Below, in pieces: positions 26,911 through 38,492 of a DNA stretch of 64,000 bases. The first letter of the stretch is position 1. Every line of letters starts with the position of its first letter. The position numbers and the translations under genes are program-made. A model generated the notes under the pieces. The model ran no database searches and had not been told where the DNA came from. It saw nothing but the letters and a program-made list of their open reading frames with translations. Origin of the DNA: Atractiella rhizophila (Eukaryota); the NCBI GenBank assembly GCA_021432655.1, contig MU271248.1, positions 9,176 through 73,175 of the forward strand, written 5' to 3'.

Positions 26911-28638
26911 ATGCTCTCTTCCTACCAACTCGCAATCGCTAGCGCCATCGTCCTTCCTGGATTCGCGGCCGCCGGAGGCCCCTTGCATAACATCCCTTGG
27001 AACCCCCCGTCGTCTCCTCCCGCTAACACTAGGGGAACGAACCAATACGGTACGTTGTTATCACTGCTCAAGGCGAAAATTGGGTTTGGAGAGAGAATTT
27101 TGGCCAAGAACTGGACCGCTGACGAGCTGCGGTTGTAGGATTCAATGACTGCTTCAATTATCCTGATTCCAGTACGTATTCTCCACGTCTACTCGACGAA
27201 ACGGTATTCATGAGACTGCAGGCACATCGAAGTGTCAGACCATGTGGATCAACGGCCTCGACGATGTGAGTAACTTAGGCTTTGTCTTGCCTACATCGGC
27301 CTCTTGCATCGTTGACGCTTACATGCATTCGTGGCACAGTTCTGTCTCTTTGGGCCGCCCGTCAGTAAGCTCGTTTTGTTTCAGGGAAAGGGGGAAGCTG
27401 GCTAAAAATAACTTGCAGAGGAAGCTGTAGGAACCTCGGAACATTACCAGGTCAGTTACTGCTTGAAGGCTGGACATGGAACTCGGTTGTTCCCCAAAGG
27501 AACAATCACTGGGGCTTCGTTTGTTCGAACGTAAGCTAGCTCCTCGATCCCGTTGTCTCACTAAATGGTATATTGACGGGACCACAGGCCAGACTACGTT
27601 CAAATCACTGGCACGGGAGACTTCACCAAGATCAATGTTCCCAAAGGGGATGAAGGTGGAGAGCTCGACCCTTACGGACCTGACGTCCAAGGAAACCCCA
27701 TTGGAGGGCTCGTATATGGTTATGGACCGGATGGAAAAACTGTCCAGCAGTTCGTCCAGTGGACCGAATTTCTGTCTGACAAGGAGTTCTGTATCCGAGC
27801 TTGCTTCACCGACAGGCTGCACTGCGAGCACATCTACGTGCGCTGCCTCTTTCTCTTTACCTATCACATTCGCTGATGTATAGTCGTATGAAGGACGAGA
27901 TGGGATGCTATTGGAACATGGTGCGACTTCCTGACTTCCGCTGCAGGGGAACTAAAATGCTAATGTTGTGGTCATTAGCCTGCTACCTACAAGACTGGCA
28001 CCTTCGAGTCTTGCAAGGCAGATGATGCCCAGCCCATGGGAATAGTGCGTTCTCAAGTGTTCGGCCCATCTCGTCCTAACCTCCATCTTTACAGTACACC
28101 CTCTCCAACGGAGTCGTGTCCACGTTCCACCAAGGAGACAAGAAGACCCCAGACCCGCACCCAGAGCCCTCATCGTCGCAGTGCTCAAAGAAGTCCACTC
28201 TCGCCGTAGCTACTTACGGTGCTACCACCACTTCCAAGTCGGGGACCAAGGTGACCACCACCGCGAAATCGACGTCCACTTCAACCAAGAAGACTACCAC
28301 CTCAACCAAAAAGACGACGACTACTACCTCAACAAAGAAGGCGACTACAACGACCACCAAGAAGGCGACCACTACCTCTACCAAGAAGGCGACCACTACC
28401 TCCACCAAGAAGGCGACTTCAACGTCTACCAAGAAAACGTCGACGTCCTCAAAGAAGACCACTTCTACAAAGGCTGCCGCCGCCAGTGCGTCCCCGATTT
28501 CATTACTTTTCTCCGTTTTGCTAACATCTCCACGCCACAGCCGCGAAGTCTCAGGTGCGCGCGAGGGATGTGATGGGTCTCGGCGAACGAGGTGTTCTTT
28601 ACGACGATGGTTTCTTGGATGAGAACCACTTCGAGTAA
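26911..28638 (+). CDS. Secreted Cys-rich protein resembling basidiomycete MP88/macrophage-activating glycoprotein family, with Thr/Lys-rich tail
   Basis: Signal peptide; CQTMWINGLDDFCLFGPP, YCLKAGHGTRL, DYVQITG, GDEGGELDPYG...GNPIGGLV, FCIRAC, CEHIYDEMGCYWNMP. Many small exons. Family recalled from memory. Confidence 0.8.
28224..28472 (+). repeat. Coding degenerate tandem repeat, ~24-nt unit encoding TKKATTTS-like peptides
   Basis: Repeated ACCAAGAAG(G/A)CGAC... units; translation TKKTTTSTKKTTTTTSTKKATTTTTKKATTTSTKKATTTSTKKATSTSTKK. Confidence 0.9.
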
Positions 28639-29266
28639 ATGTCTACTCGTGCGGTTACCTCTTCTGGTCTCCTCTTCTCCAGCTTTCTTTATATCTTACC
28701 GGAAGGACACTTTTTTGATGGGCTCAGTATATGGTGGACTTTCCTTCTTTTTTGTGCTCGTAGGTATTTTTACGTACGGTTACATCCCTTTCTCTACCAT
28801 TACTCTGCAATCTTAGATTGGGATTTGTTGCTTCAGAGGTGTAGGCGAGACCTGAATTAGTCCCTCGCACTGTCGTCTCTTGAAAGCGGCGCTCTAATGT
28901 CAAGTTTATCATGAAGCGTGGCGGTACGTCAACACGGCTCAACTCACTCAGGCTCACTGGCACAAAATGTACACTGAGGTTTTCGAACTCGCGACATAGA
29001 GGTCTACAACGGCACCGCCTACTAGAAAGTACTGGCAGTATGCATGATGGATGATGGGATTGTCCGAAGTGCTCCAAGGATGGAGACAGGTTACTACTAC
29101 GTATTGATTAATCCGGCAGACTGAGTCGTCTTCTCTGCGCTGCGACTGACGTAGTTTCACGTTTGAGGGAAGTGCTGAAGTGCCGCCTCCGTCTATAAAA
29201 AGGCTGCACTGGCATCAGATACGACACGCTCTCCTTTCCGAGGTCCTTAGATCTCGAATTTTCATC

Positions 29267-31111
29267 ATGCAACTTGCAACTTTGCAAGATGAATCTGATA
29301 GGGTCGCTCACCCGCAAAGAATCAAGTTGAAGACCTCCCAAATCTTTGATCCTTTCTTGGGCCAGTTCCTGCACAACAAGGTTATCAAAGTCGACGTCCA
29401 GTCTGGCTTGATCGTTGCGATTTATGACGGCAAAGACGACGAAGAGGAACCAAACTGCCAAATCGTGGACTTGAGTAAGGATGGACAGACCGTTCTGCCT
29501 GGTTTCATCGATACCCATGTGCATTTGTCAGCAGCATTTCCTTTCCCAATACATCCTGGTTGAAGCTGAACGAAGAGCAGGGTACGTATGACCCAAGCAC
29601 GGTACGTAGATATTCACGAGTCCCGGTTGTAGCTTCTCCATCCATTTGCCGAGGCCGCCTGGGAGGTCCAAGTAACCCAAGAATCCATCGTGGAACGTAC
29701 CCTTCGAGCCGCAAATCATGCTCGAGCAACTCTCCTCGCTGGTTACACGACCGTTAGAGATTTGGGAAGTGAAGGCGCGTACGATTCGGACATCCACTTT
29801 CGTGTGCGAGTTTATCTATGTCAAACTCTGTCTGCAACTTCTGAAAGGGGAAACAGAACTCGCTGCAGAAAGGTCTGATCCCTGGCCCCAGAATGTTCGC
29901 CGTTACGAGAGGTATTGTTGCAACGGGTGTGTTCCCTCCTCTCTAGAACATGGCAATCTGAATAATAGTCACAATGCAAAGGTAGCTATGGTCCTAAAGT
30001 AGGTAACAAGTGGGACGATGTTAATGGGACCCTGGGAGAGCTGCCCCATGGTGCCGAAGTTGCAGATGGTGTGGACAAATGCCTGAAAGTGGTTAGAAGG
30101 CAGGTTGGCGCAGGTGCCGACATCATTAAGATTTGTGCGCGTCTGGATTATTTTTCCTTTATTTATCATTGACAGATCATCCAAAGACGGTGACTATCGC
30201 TTTCGCTCTCGAATGGTCACTGGCAACCCAGCCATCGCAGCAGCGTCATATCCTTTGTTCACAGAACGGGAATTGAGCGCAATGGTCCAGCAAGCACACT
30301 CCTTACTTTGCCCAGTCGCTGTACACACTGACAGTGATGAGACAATCGCTCTCGTTTGTTCAAAGGGTGTGGATACGGTCGAGCATGGGATGGGCGCAGG
30401 AGAGAAGGCCTTAACGGCCCTTGCGAAAACGGGTACAATTTGGACTCCAACTTTGGCAGTACTCGAGAATTATTACAGAGACGCCACATTGGCTATGAAG
30501 CAAGCACAGTCTCAGGTGGATTTCTTAGAAAAGGAGTTGTCAGCCTCACCCAAGGCAGATTATTTGCGACCACTTCTCGTCAACGCTCGAGGAACCCTTA
30601 ATTCGGCTCGTTTCATTCACGAATTCACCCTGAATAGACGAAACAGCCTTCAAAACGGTTTTCGTAACGCCTTGTCGAGATACCCTCACGACATCAAGTT
30701 CTCAACTGGAGGGGATACGGGTCCTTTCACCCATGGACGAAATTCATGGGAGATGCAACTTATGGTTGAACTAGGAGCTGACTGGAAGGATGTCTTGAAA
30801 TGGTCGACGGTTCATGGAGAAGAAGCTTGTCGAGGAGTTCGGAATACCCAGTGGAAGCAAACGGTTGGAGTAGGAAAGGAGAAAGGCCAAAATGCCATGA
30901 GGTTTGGAAGACTCAAGGTTGGGTATTCTGCTGACATCATCGTGAGCTTCATCTATTTATTCGTCAATCTTAAAGCTGAGAACTTTTAAACAAGGCTACG
31001 ACAGGAAACTTGGAGAAGAACTTTCAGAGTGCCGTTCAAGCTTCGTCCATTTCTTTCGTCATGAAAATGGGGACAATTTATAAAATTAATGGTCGAGCGA
31101 CGACAGTTTAA
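29267..31111 (+). CDS. Metal-dependent amidohydrolase (Amidohydro_1 superfamily)
   Basis: TVLPGFIDTHVH, LLAGYTTVRDLG, RQVGAGADIIK, PVAVH, GVDTVEHG, WTPTL, TGGDTGPFTHG, GRLKVGYSADII. TATAAAA at ~29194. Model needs a 1-nt exon at 29581. Confidence 0.9.
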
Positions 31112-31335
31112 GAATGCATCCTGAAATGACAACATATTGTGATGTGACACCTATGTAATGATGAAAAAGCGCAAAGTTGTGAGGCACACCGATCCAGCAT
31201 CAAGCTATTTACCAACATCAAGTACTAATTCGAAGTAGAATCCAAGCCCAGATTGTCCATAAATTACTTCTCATAATATACGCCAAAGAAAGAATCCGTC
31301 CCAAAATCGAGACGGGTATTTTGTAAGACCACCGT

Positions 31336-33084
31336 TTAGAGGACCAGGACGTCGGGGTCGCCATTCTGTAGTCGCGGTGGCTCAGCTAGATATCTCCTGC
31401 AATAAAACGGGGAGAGACTTACAAAAGGATGCCTCCAACCACATTGAAATTCGCTTTTTCGATATCGTCTTCCGGGAACTGTGGACGAATTGAAGCCGAT
31501 ATGCTTCATCTCCAACCGATCACTAACAACCATCCCTTTCCTCCTTCCTACTCGGTCTCTTGGGTCGTTTTGTATTCTCTCGGAGCATTCACCTCCTCTT
31601 TTGCCTAATAGGTAGTCTTGAAGATCTAAATCAGTTGGATATTCGGCCATCACTTCCTCTTCTGACATTCGTTTCGCTTCTCGCCGCGAACCGTCCACGT
31701 CGTCTTCACCGAGTAGGATGGAGGATACTTTTTCTGCTAACCGACGTTGAATGACGAGCCCTGAACCGCCGGTACCAATCCACGCTGAACAAGATTCCTT
31801 GCCCAACAAGCTTAGCAGATGAACCCAGCTGCGATCTGAGCAGAGAGGGAAGTCGTCCTCAGCGATCATTAAGTACTCTCCTCTCCCTTGTTTCAAAGCG
31901 TGTTGAATTCCTCGTGCAAGGTGTAAGCGCTGGTCGAGGCGGTCGATGTGGTCGAGAGGGGACCGACGTACGAAGGTGACGAATTGTTCTAGCTTCCGTA
32001 GCTCGAGAGCGCTGTAGATGTTAGAGGATGATGAAGCTAGATCGAAGACAGGATGGTTACCGAAGTGTGTGTAGACGATTATTTCGTGCCTTGCACGAGA
32101 GGAAAGGAATGCTCCGGGGTCAGGAAGGATAGACAGGTAGGTATGAAGTGTTTCTATCAGGAATCGTGGATTGGAAGGTCGAGGCGCCGTCATCAAAAGG
32201 ATGGTAATAGGTGGTTCTAGGGGAGGTGTAGGTGAAAGAGAAGTGGGTTGGGTGGACAGAATCGAAAGAGTAATAAGTGATCCAAGGAGAGCTAATTTGC
32301 GAATCCGAAAGGGAGGGTAGTGCTGTCTGCGGACCGCCTGTGCGAACAAGTCGACAACGAAACTACTGAGGCACCACCAAACGCAAGACTCGCCACTCAT
32401 CCAAGCTCCAAATATCAGAGTTGTTGCCTGAAGCCACCAAAATGGCTGTGTAGGTCTCTTTAAAAGCTTAAAGAGCACAAGCGCCATCACCACTCCTCCT
32501 CCTTCGCCAGCGGCCCCAGTCCAGAACAGCCACGGGAACGCGAATCCGGTCCAACGCGAGAATATGCGACCTAAGACTAGTCGCATACTGAAGATCAAGG
32601 GATAAGACGTGAGGATGAAGGAGAAGGGTAGGAATGCAATGAGAATCGATAGCCATGGAGATGATAACCGGAGTGGAGCGACAAGGAGATTCGCGCAGCC
32701 TGTCCGCGGATTCCATGTCTGTGACGACGTGTGTGAGTTCCAGACATGGTTTGGCGGCAGGGGATAGGGTCTAAAAGGGTGTTCTAGTGGTAATGAATCT
32801 AGGTATAACGCCAGGGCAGCGAGGATGAACCCCGAAAGCTCGACTGGCAAAGTGATGTTGGGACGGTTGATCCAAACTGGTTTCTCCTTCCTCCGATTGC
32901 AATTTTCGAGGAGTTGAGATCGTAACTGGTCAATTGGCGGCGCTAGAAGAGTTGATTTACAGGTCTGAGTCGGCGAGTCGTCGCTAAATGCGAGTTCGAT
33001 TGGGGACGAGTACCCAGAATCGACAGAGCTGCTCCTGCTCCCAACACTGACCATGGGGGCGAGTCTGAACGACTTTGGATCCAT
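31336..33084 (-). CDS. Multi-TM protein with C-terminal GT-A-fold glycosyltransferase-like domain
   Basis: About 5 hydrophobic segments, then ITILLMTAPRP..FLIETL, YLMIAEDDFPLC (DxD-like) and KHIGFNSS. Probable in-frame 57-nt intron near the 3' end. Confidence 0.65.
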   Translation of the reverse strand: MDPKSFRLAPMVSVGSRSSSVDSGYSSPIELAFSDDSPTQTCKSTLLAPPIDQLRSQLLENCNRRKEKPVWINRPNITLPVELSGFILAALALYLDSLPLEHPFRPYPLPPNHVWNSHTSSQTWNPRTGCANLLVAPLRLSSPWLSILIAFLPFSFILTSYPLIFSMRLVLGRIFSRWTGFAFPWLFWTGAAGEGGGVVMALVLFKLLKRPTQPFWWLQATTLIFGAWMSGESCVWWCLSSFVVDLFAQAVRRQHYPPFRIRKLALLGSLITLSILSTQPTSLSPTPPLEPPITILLMTAPRPSNPRFLIETLHTYLSILPDPGAFLSSRARHEIIVYTHFGNHPVFDLASSSSNIYSALELRKLEQFVTFVRRSPLDHIDRLDQRLHLARGIQHALKQGRGEYLMIAEDDFPLCSDRSWVHLLSLLGKESCSAWIGTGGSGLVIQRRLAEKVSSILLGEDDVDGSRREAKRMSEEEVMAEYPTDLDLQDYLLGKRGGECSERIQNDPRDRVGRRKGMVVSDRLEMKHIGFNSSTVPGRRYRKSEFQCGWRHPFVSLSPFYCRRYLAEPPRLQNGDPDVLVL

Positions 33085-33452
33085 GATGAGATTTTGAATT
33101 TGAGCTCAGCTGGCTAGCGTGCTGCTTGTGGACCGCAGACATGTTTTATACCCAATAGACTGCGACGGCTTGGTAAACTCACAGTTCAGTTCACCGATAC
33201 ACCTTCCCCTGATCCGCCTTGATACCCTCTCCAGACTTTTCTCATCAGATCCTCCAAAAATGTATCCTGAATATCTGTCCCTCCACTTTGTACACACTTT
33301 TGAGGACCCCAAAGCTTCGCTAGCCTCCCCACAGCTAATTATAAGGCAACATGGTGGTCATTGTCCATCGTTGTTAATCCCGATCCAGCAACTTTCCTCA
33401 GACGCGGTTGAACGTTGGAGTTGGACTTCAAGCAAACGACCTCCACGAAACA

Positions 33453-36400
33453 ATGGCACCACCAAAGCTGCTGATTCCGCCTACAAAAGCTCCAGGGACG
33501 GTGAGTGTCTTGCTACCTGCGAATTACGAAGGCTGAGAAAGTGTAATCAGCTCCCAGATGTGTTCGAAAAGCTGAGAGATGCACTGTCAACTTCGTCGCC
33601 TTCCGATCCCTCATCTCACCCGTCAGCTCTTCGACAGCCGGTCCAAGACTTCGTTAACAAGCGAGATGAAGCTTTGCGCGCGATCACTGGAACCGGCGCA
33701 GGAGCAGGCAAACTGCAGGCCATCTTATCGCAAGCATTTGTTAATCCTCAAAATGGCGTGTTATTCAAGGAGGATCTAGATATCAAGCACAAGTAGCACA
33801 TTTATGCACCAAACTCGAGTCCACTGCTCCCATTCCATGGTCCTACGAAGCTATCTTCTCCACCCAATCTTCGACGTTTGGAACCGTGCGGACGGTTCAA
33901 GGCCCAATTTCCTATCAGTGCTTGCACTACGAGCGGATTTGCGTGTTATATAATCTCGCATCTCTTTTGGCACAGGATGCAGGGAAGGAAAAGTGGACAA
34001 ATCTGGGCTTTACATCAGCTGGAGGGTCGATGGATGCCTACAACAGAGCTATGGAAGGATTTCAGGTGCGTAGTCTCTTCAGATTCTAGATGTAGGGGCT
34101 TGTTTGACAGCGCGTAGAAAGCTGCTTGGCTCTTCGGATACCTCGAGAAAACCACAAGTGATATTTATAACTTCTTGCCTCCGGATGTCAGCCACCCATT
34201 CTCTCCTGAGTTTAGCGCAGCCAGCTTGAAGTCTATGAAAGACCTTTGTCATGCGTTGTCCATGGAGGTATTCTGGTACAAGTACCTAGCCAATGTGCAA
34301 GGATTCTCGACGAGTATGTCATACAGTCCCCTTCACTCCTCATGCATGATAGGTTGCTTTAGAGGAGAATCAGATTCTCTCGAAGATCGCATTTCACGCA
34401 TCAGAATACTACCGTTCAGCTCATGCAGCCGCCAAAGAGGGAAAGAACGGCTCATCAGAAGAAGGGGGAGCGTGGCCAGGCTGGGGATTCCCTAAGGTAT
34501 GTTCCAGAGATTGTTTTGGCGGAGCACTGATTACGGATGCAAGGAAGGAATGGATCAGTCTTCTTTCTGCCAAGAGTGCGTATTTTGAAGCGGAATCTCA
34601 ATGGAGAAAGAGTAGGGAGGACCTTGCCGCCAATCGGTACTATAGTTTCTTTCCTTATCACACTCTAGAAATTGAGAGGAGAATAGGTATGGAGAAGAAA
34701 TAACTCGATTAGAGCATGCAGCAAGAGTTCTTTCTGGGATACAGGGACGTAAATACCATCCTGACATTGTCCGAGCGATCGAGGCAAGACTTATACCCCA
34801 AATGACAACTCTAGCTAGATTATTGATGTTACCATAGGAGTTGCGAACGACGATAGCCACGAACTTGACCCGCGCAAACAAGGACAACACTCTCATTTAC
34901 CTCCAGCAGACGCCACCTCTTTCCTCCCTCCCATCCATCGACCCAAAGAACACCGTCCGTACTCTCGTCCCGGCTAAGGAGATCCCCTCAATTGCCCAAC
35001 CCCTCGCCTTCCTCAATTCCAATAAAGACGGTCTTGGGGCTCCAATTTTCGCACATCTCGTTCCATGGGTTGTCCATGTCGGAATAGAATTGTATATGGA
35101 CAGACTAGAAAGGATTCGACTGGATTGGCAACAGCACAGAAAGGAGGTGGAAGGCGAAAGCGCGAAACAGCTGGCTGATTTAGGTCTACCGGGTAGTTTG
35201 GAGGCAGTCCGATTACCTTCATCCCTCCCTCCCTCTCTCCTGAAAGAAAGTGAAGAAGTCCGTCGCTCCGGCGGGGTAGAAGCTTTGGAGAAGACGCATC
35301 AAGAAATCAAGCGTCAAGCAGGAGCGAACATGCGAAACCTCTCAAAAACTTTGGATTTGTTGGAGAAGGAGTATGAGAAGGATGAAGAGTTGCGAGAAAG
35401 GTGGGGTGAGCGCTGGATTCGGATCTCGAGTGAAGAAGGATCGAAAGAACACAGAAAGCAAGCGGAAGAGTTGAGGGGAAAGCTCAGGGAGGCCGGAGAA
35501 GTCGACCGGATGATTGGGCGGAAATGGTCCGACTGGGAAGAGCGTATTGCTGTCCTTTCTGGAACTGAGGCAGAGCTTAAAGAGGTGGTTCCTACTGGAG
35601 TTGTCCGCGAGTTGAGACATGATTCTGCGTCCGAGCGGTCGGTTCGTAAACTCGGTACATATTTGGAAGATGTTTCGTCCTTGAAGGAAGAGCTGCAAAA
35701 TCTCGAGGCAGAGCTGGATGTGGAAATTGGCAGCGAGGACCCAAAGGTCGCCATTGAAGATTTTTTGCTGGGAAAGCATAAGGATGGGGAGGAACTGAAA
35801 GCGGCTGATCTGGAGCCGGTTTTGGAGAAAGCCTTGAAGAAATACCGGAAATTCGAGAAAGGTTTGAAGGAAGTAGAAAGAAAGCAGGAGGAACTATTGC
35901 TCCACATTCGAGTGAGTGCGACTCTCTACAACCTCACTGATCTTGACATTCCCTCCTAGGATGCAAATGATCGCTTTTTGCAAACGAGGCAAGAGGATAA
36001 AACGGTAAAAGCTCGAGAGCAAGCACTACAAGATTTGGACGCTGCGTACCAAAAGTACCTTGAACTTACAAACGAGTTCTCCCAAGCGGTCAAATTTCAC
36101 AATGCAGCGGCCCGCCAAATCACGAACCTTTTGAATTCAACCAATGAGGTTTGTCTCTCACGAACCCCTTTTCTCAAGCCATTGCTAAGAGGAAATATCA
36201 GTGGTATCATGCTCGTATGCAGGAAGCCCGAGACATTGAGTCAGAATTAGCGACGCATTCAGATAAAATCGCAAACTTGGATTTGAATTATGAGGAGGAC
36301 AACGAAGAGGAGGAGTCTGAAGAGGAGTCCGACCTAGAGCCACCACCGAATCTCCCAAAAACGCTTCCACCTGCGAGCAGAGAGTCGTCGTCGGCTACTA

Positions 36401-36459
36401 AACGTCAACTTTACAACCCCAAACTTCATGGCCCGCCCAAATTTGCTTCGAACGCTTGA
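33453..36459 (+). CDS. BRO1-domain/ALIX V-domain protein (PalA/Rim20-like ESCRT adaptor)
   Basis: LHYERICVLYNLASL, AMEGFQKAAWLFGYL, ANKDNTLIY, LGLPGSLEA, DEELRERWGERWIR, REQALQDLDAAYQKY. Confidence 0.85.
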
Positions 36460-36657
36460 CATGGACGTTCAATCAAGTTCAATGTTAACATTACAGGATG
36501 AGACAGTGTAACTATCACGTGCCATGTTTACCATAATTCGCTTCTCTCTCGGTAGTTTTACGTCACTATATGCTCAGCGTGCCCACGAAAATCCCAACGT
36601 GAATAAAAGCAAGCACCACTTCAAATTTGGTGGAAGTCTCAGCTTCTTAGCATCGTC

Positions 36658-37700
36658 ATGAGCACCGGTTTGGACCCCTCAGGAACCCTCCCGACTGAGG
36701 AGACTCCCACTCCCACTCCCACTCCAGATCCAACAGAAACTCCCACAGACCCGGGTCCATCGGAAACGAGTTCAGGTGTTCCTCCTGCTGAAACGACTCC
36801 AGGGAATCCGGCTCCCACGTCAGCGGGTGAAGATCCGCCTGTTGTGACGCAAACTCAGGTCGTGACAACGGATGTTCTGTCAACGATTCGGAATACGGTG
36901 GTTGGTACGCCCTTTCATTATTGTAGTCGATGGTCCAGGTGTTCACTGAGCGTGGTATTGCAGTGGGTTCCACCACTCAGTTTGTCGACGAAACTACCGA
37001 AGTGTCAAGGACCACAACTTTTCTTCCTGGAGAAACGCAAACTATCATCCACCCTGGTGGGGGTCTATCGTCTTCCGCTAAGAACGGGATCATTGCAGGA
37101 TCGGTCATTGGGGGTTTAGCAGCTCTTGTACTACTCGCATATCTTCTCTGGCGACACCAAAAACGAAGACGGCGGATTCGCTTCAGCTCAGACAGACCGA
37201 TCACTTTTGACGACGAAAAAAATCAGCACGTCACAGCAGGAGCTGGGGAGGGAGCTCCCGCTTTCTTCCCTGCAGGGCTCCGACCAGTCTTTAATAGAGG
37301 CGCCTCGAAAGCTTCTGCTCACGGCCAACCGACGCTACCCAATATCGACGGTTTTGTCGCAGGGCATGATGATGAATTCTCCACCACTCGCTCACGGCAC
37401 AGTCTCCCCATGTACTCCTCCAACCAGTCCGGCCGAGGTACCCCTATTCCTCTCCCCCCATCCTCCCAAACCTACTCTTCTCCTCGCTCTCAGACTCCCA
37501 TGTTCTTCCCTCCTGGCTCAGGCTCAAGTCATTCCGTCCATGGAACGGGCATGCGTCACTCAAGTAGCGGAGGTGACAACAGTGACGAGCGGTCACCGAC
37601 AATGGGCGACTTGTATCCTGACGATAATGGGAGCATTGGGAGTGCAGAGGAGAGACCGTCTGGAGGTCTAAGAGTTATGAATCGAAATGATAGCTCGTGA
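36658..37700 (+). CDS. Single-pass membrane protein with Thr/Pro-rich N-terminus (Mid2/Wsc-like)
   Basis: TPTPTP-rich N-terminus, one intron (~36905-36963), TM segment GIIAGSVIGGLAALVLLAYLLW followed by RHQKRRRR, and a Ser/Pro-rich tail. Confidence 0.8.
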
Positions 37701-38492
37701 GCTGTCATGTCGGCTTCATTCCTACCTCCGAAGCACTCGATATCCGGCTTCGTGTTTATATCTTTGCTGTACATGATGATGCTTTGCCTTTCGGGTCCAT
37801 TCGCACATTTTCGTCTAAACCCTTGCATTTTTTATTCCACTCTTGTCATTCCCGATTGATTGTATCGTTCGTTTTATAATATTTCTTTGTAAATTAGTTT
37901 GAGCATCAAGTGACGACCGAGACTTGGAATCACGAGTAGAAATAATGGACATCCCATTTTGATGAAAAACACTGTGGGCACGCTGTTTTGATAAATGATA
38001 AATGAAGCACATAAAGGGCTCGTGGACAGTCTAAGTACGGGATGTTATCATGCAGTTAATATGTGAGCGGTGATGATACGATACAAAGAGGAAGTGGGAA
38101 TAGGATTAGGGAATGATAAATAGGGGGAGGATGATTGAATGAAGCGTTGGAAGCCTGGAAAGAAGTTACTATCAATTACACCTGGTGCTTTCCAGTGCCG
38201 TAGGACCGCAGAATACTGTGGAATGTGAGTACCCGAATTTGTCGAGTTTAAATCCGAACTTGGAAAGCATTAGGAATGTTATGACGGTGGCCGACGAGCT
38301 AAGGAGAGAAGAGGTGAGAAGATCGATTATGAAGTGTTGGTTGCCGTTCAGCAGTAGCGCACAATGACTGTGACAAGCTCAATGTTGAACGTTGAACTCT
38401 GGTAAGATGTACCTCGAATATCCAGAGTTTCTCAGCAGAGCGCAGCTTAAACAAGCAATTTAAAATACACACCTAGCGTATGCAAAGTCATC

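Noticed and set aside
28224..28472. Periodic repeats as a CRISPR-like or satellite array
   Set aside because: Eukaryotic coding repeat with no unique spacers; fully explained by Thr/Lys codons.
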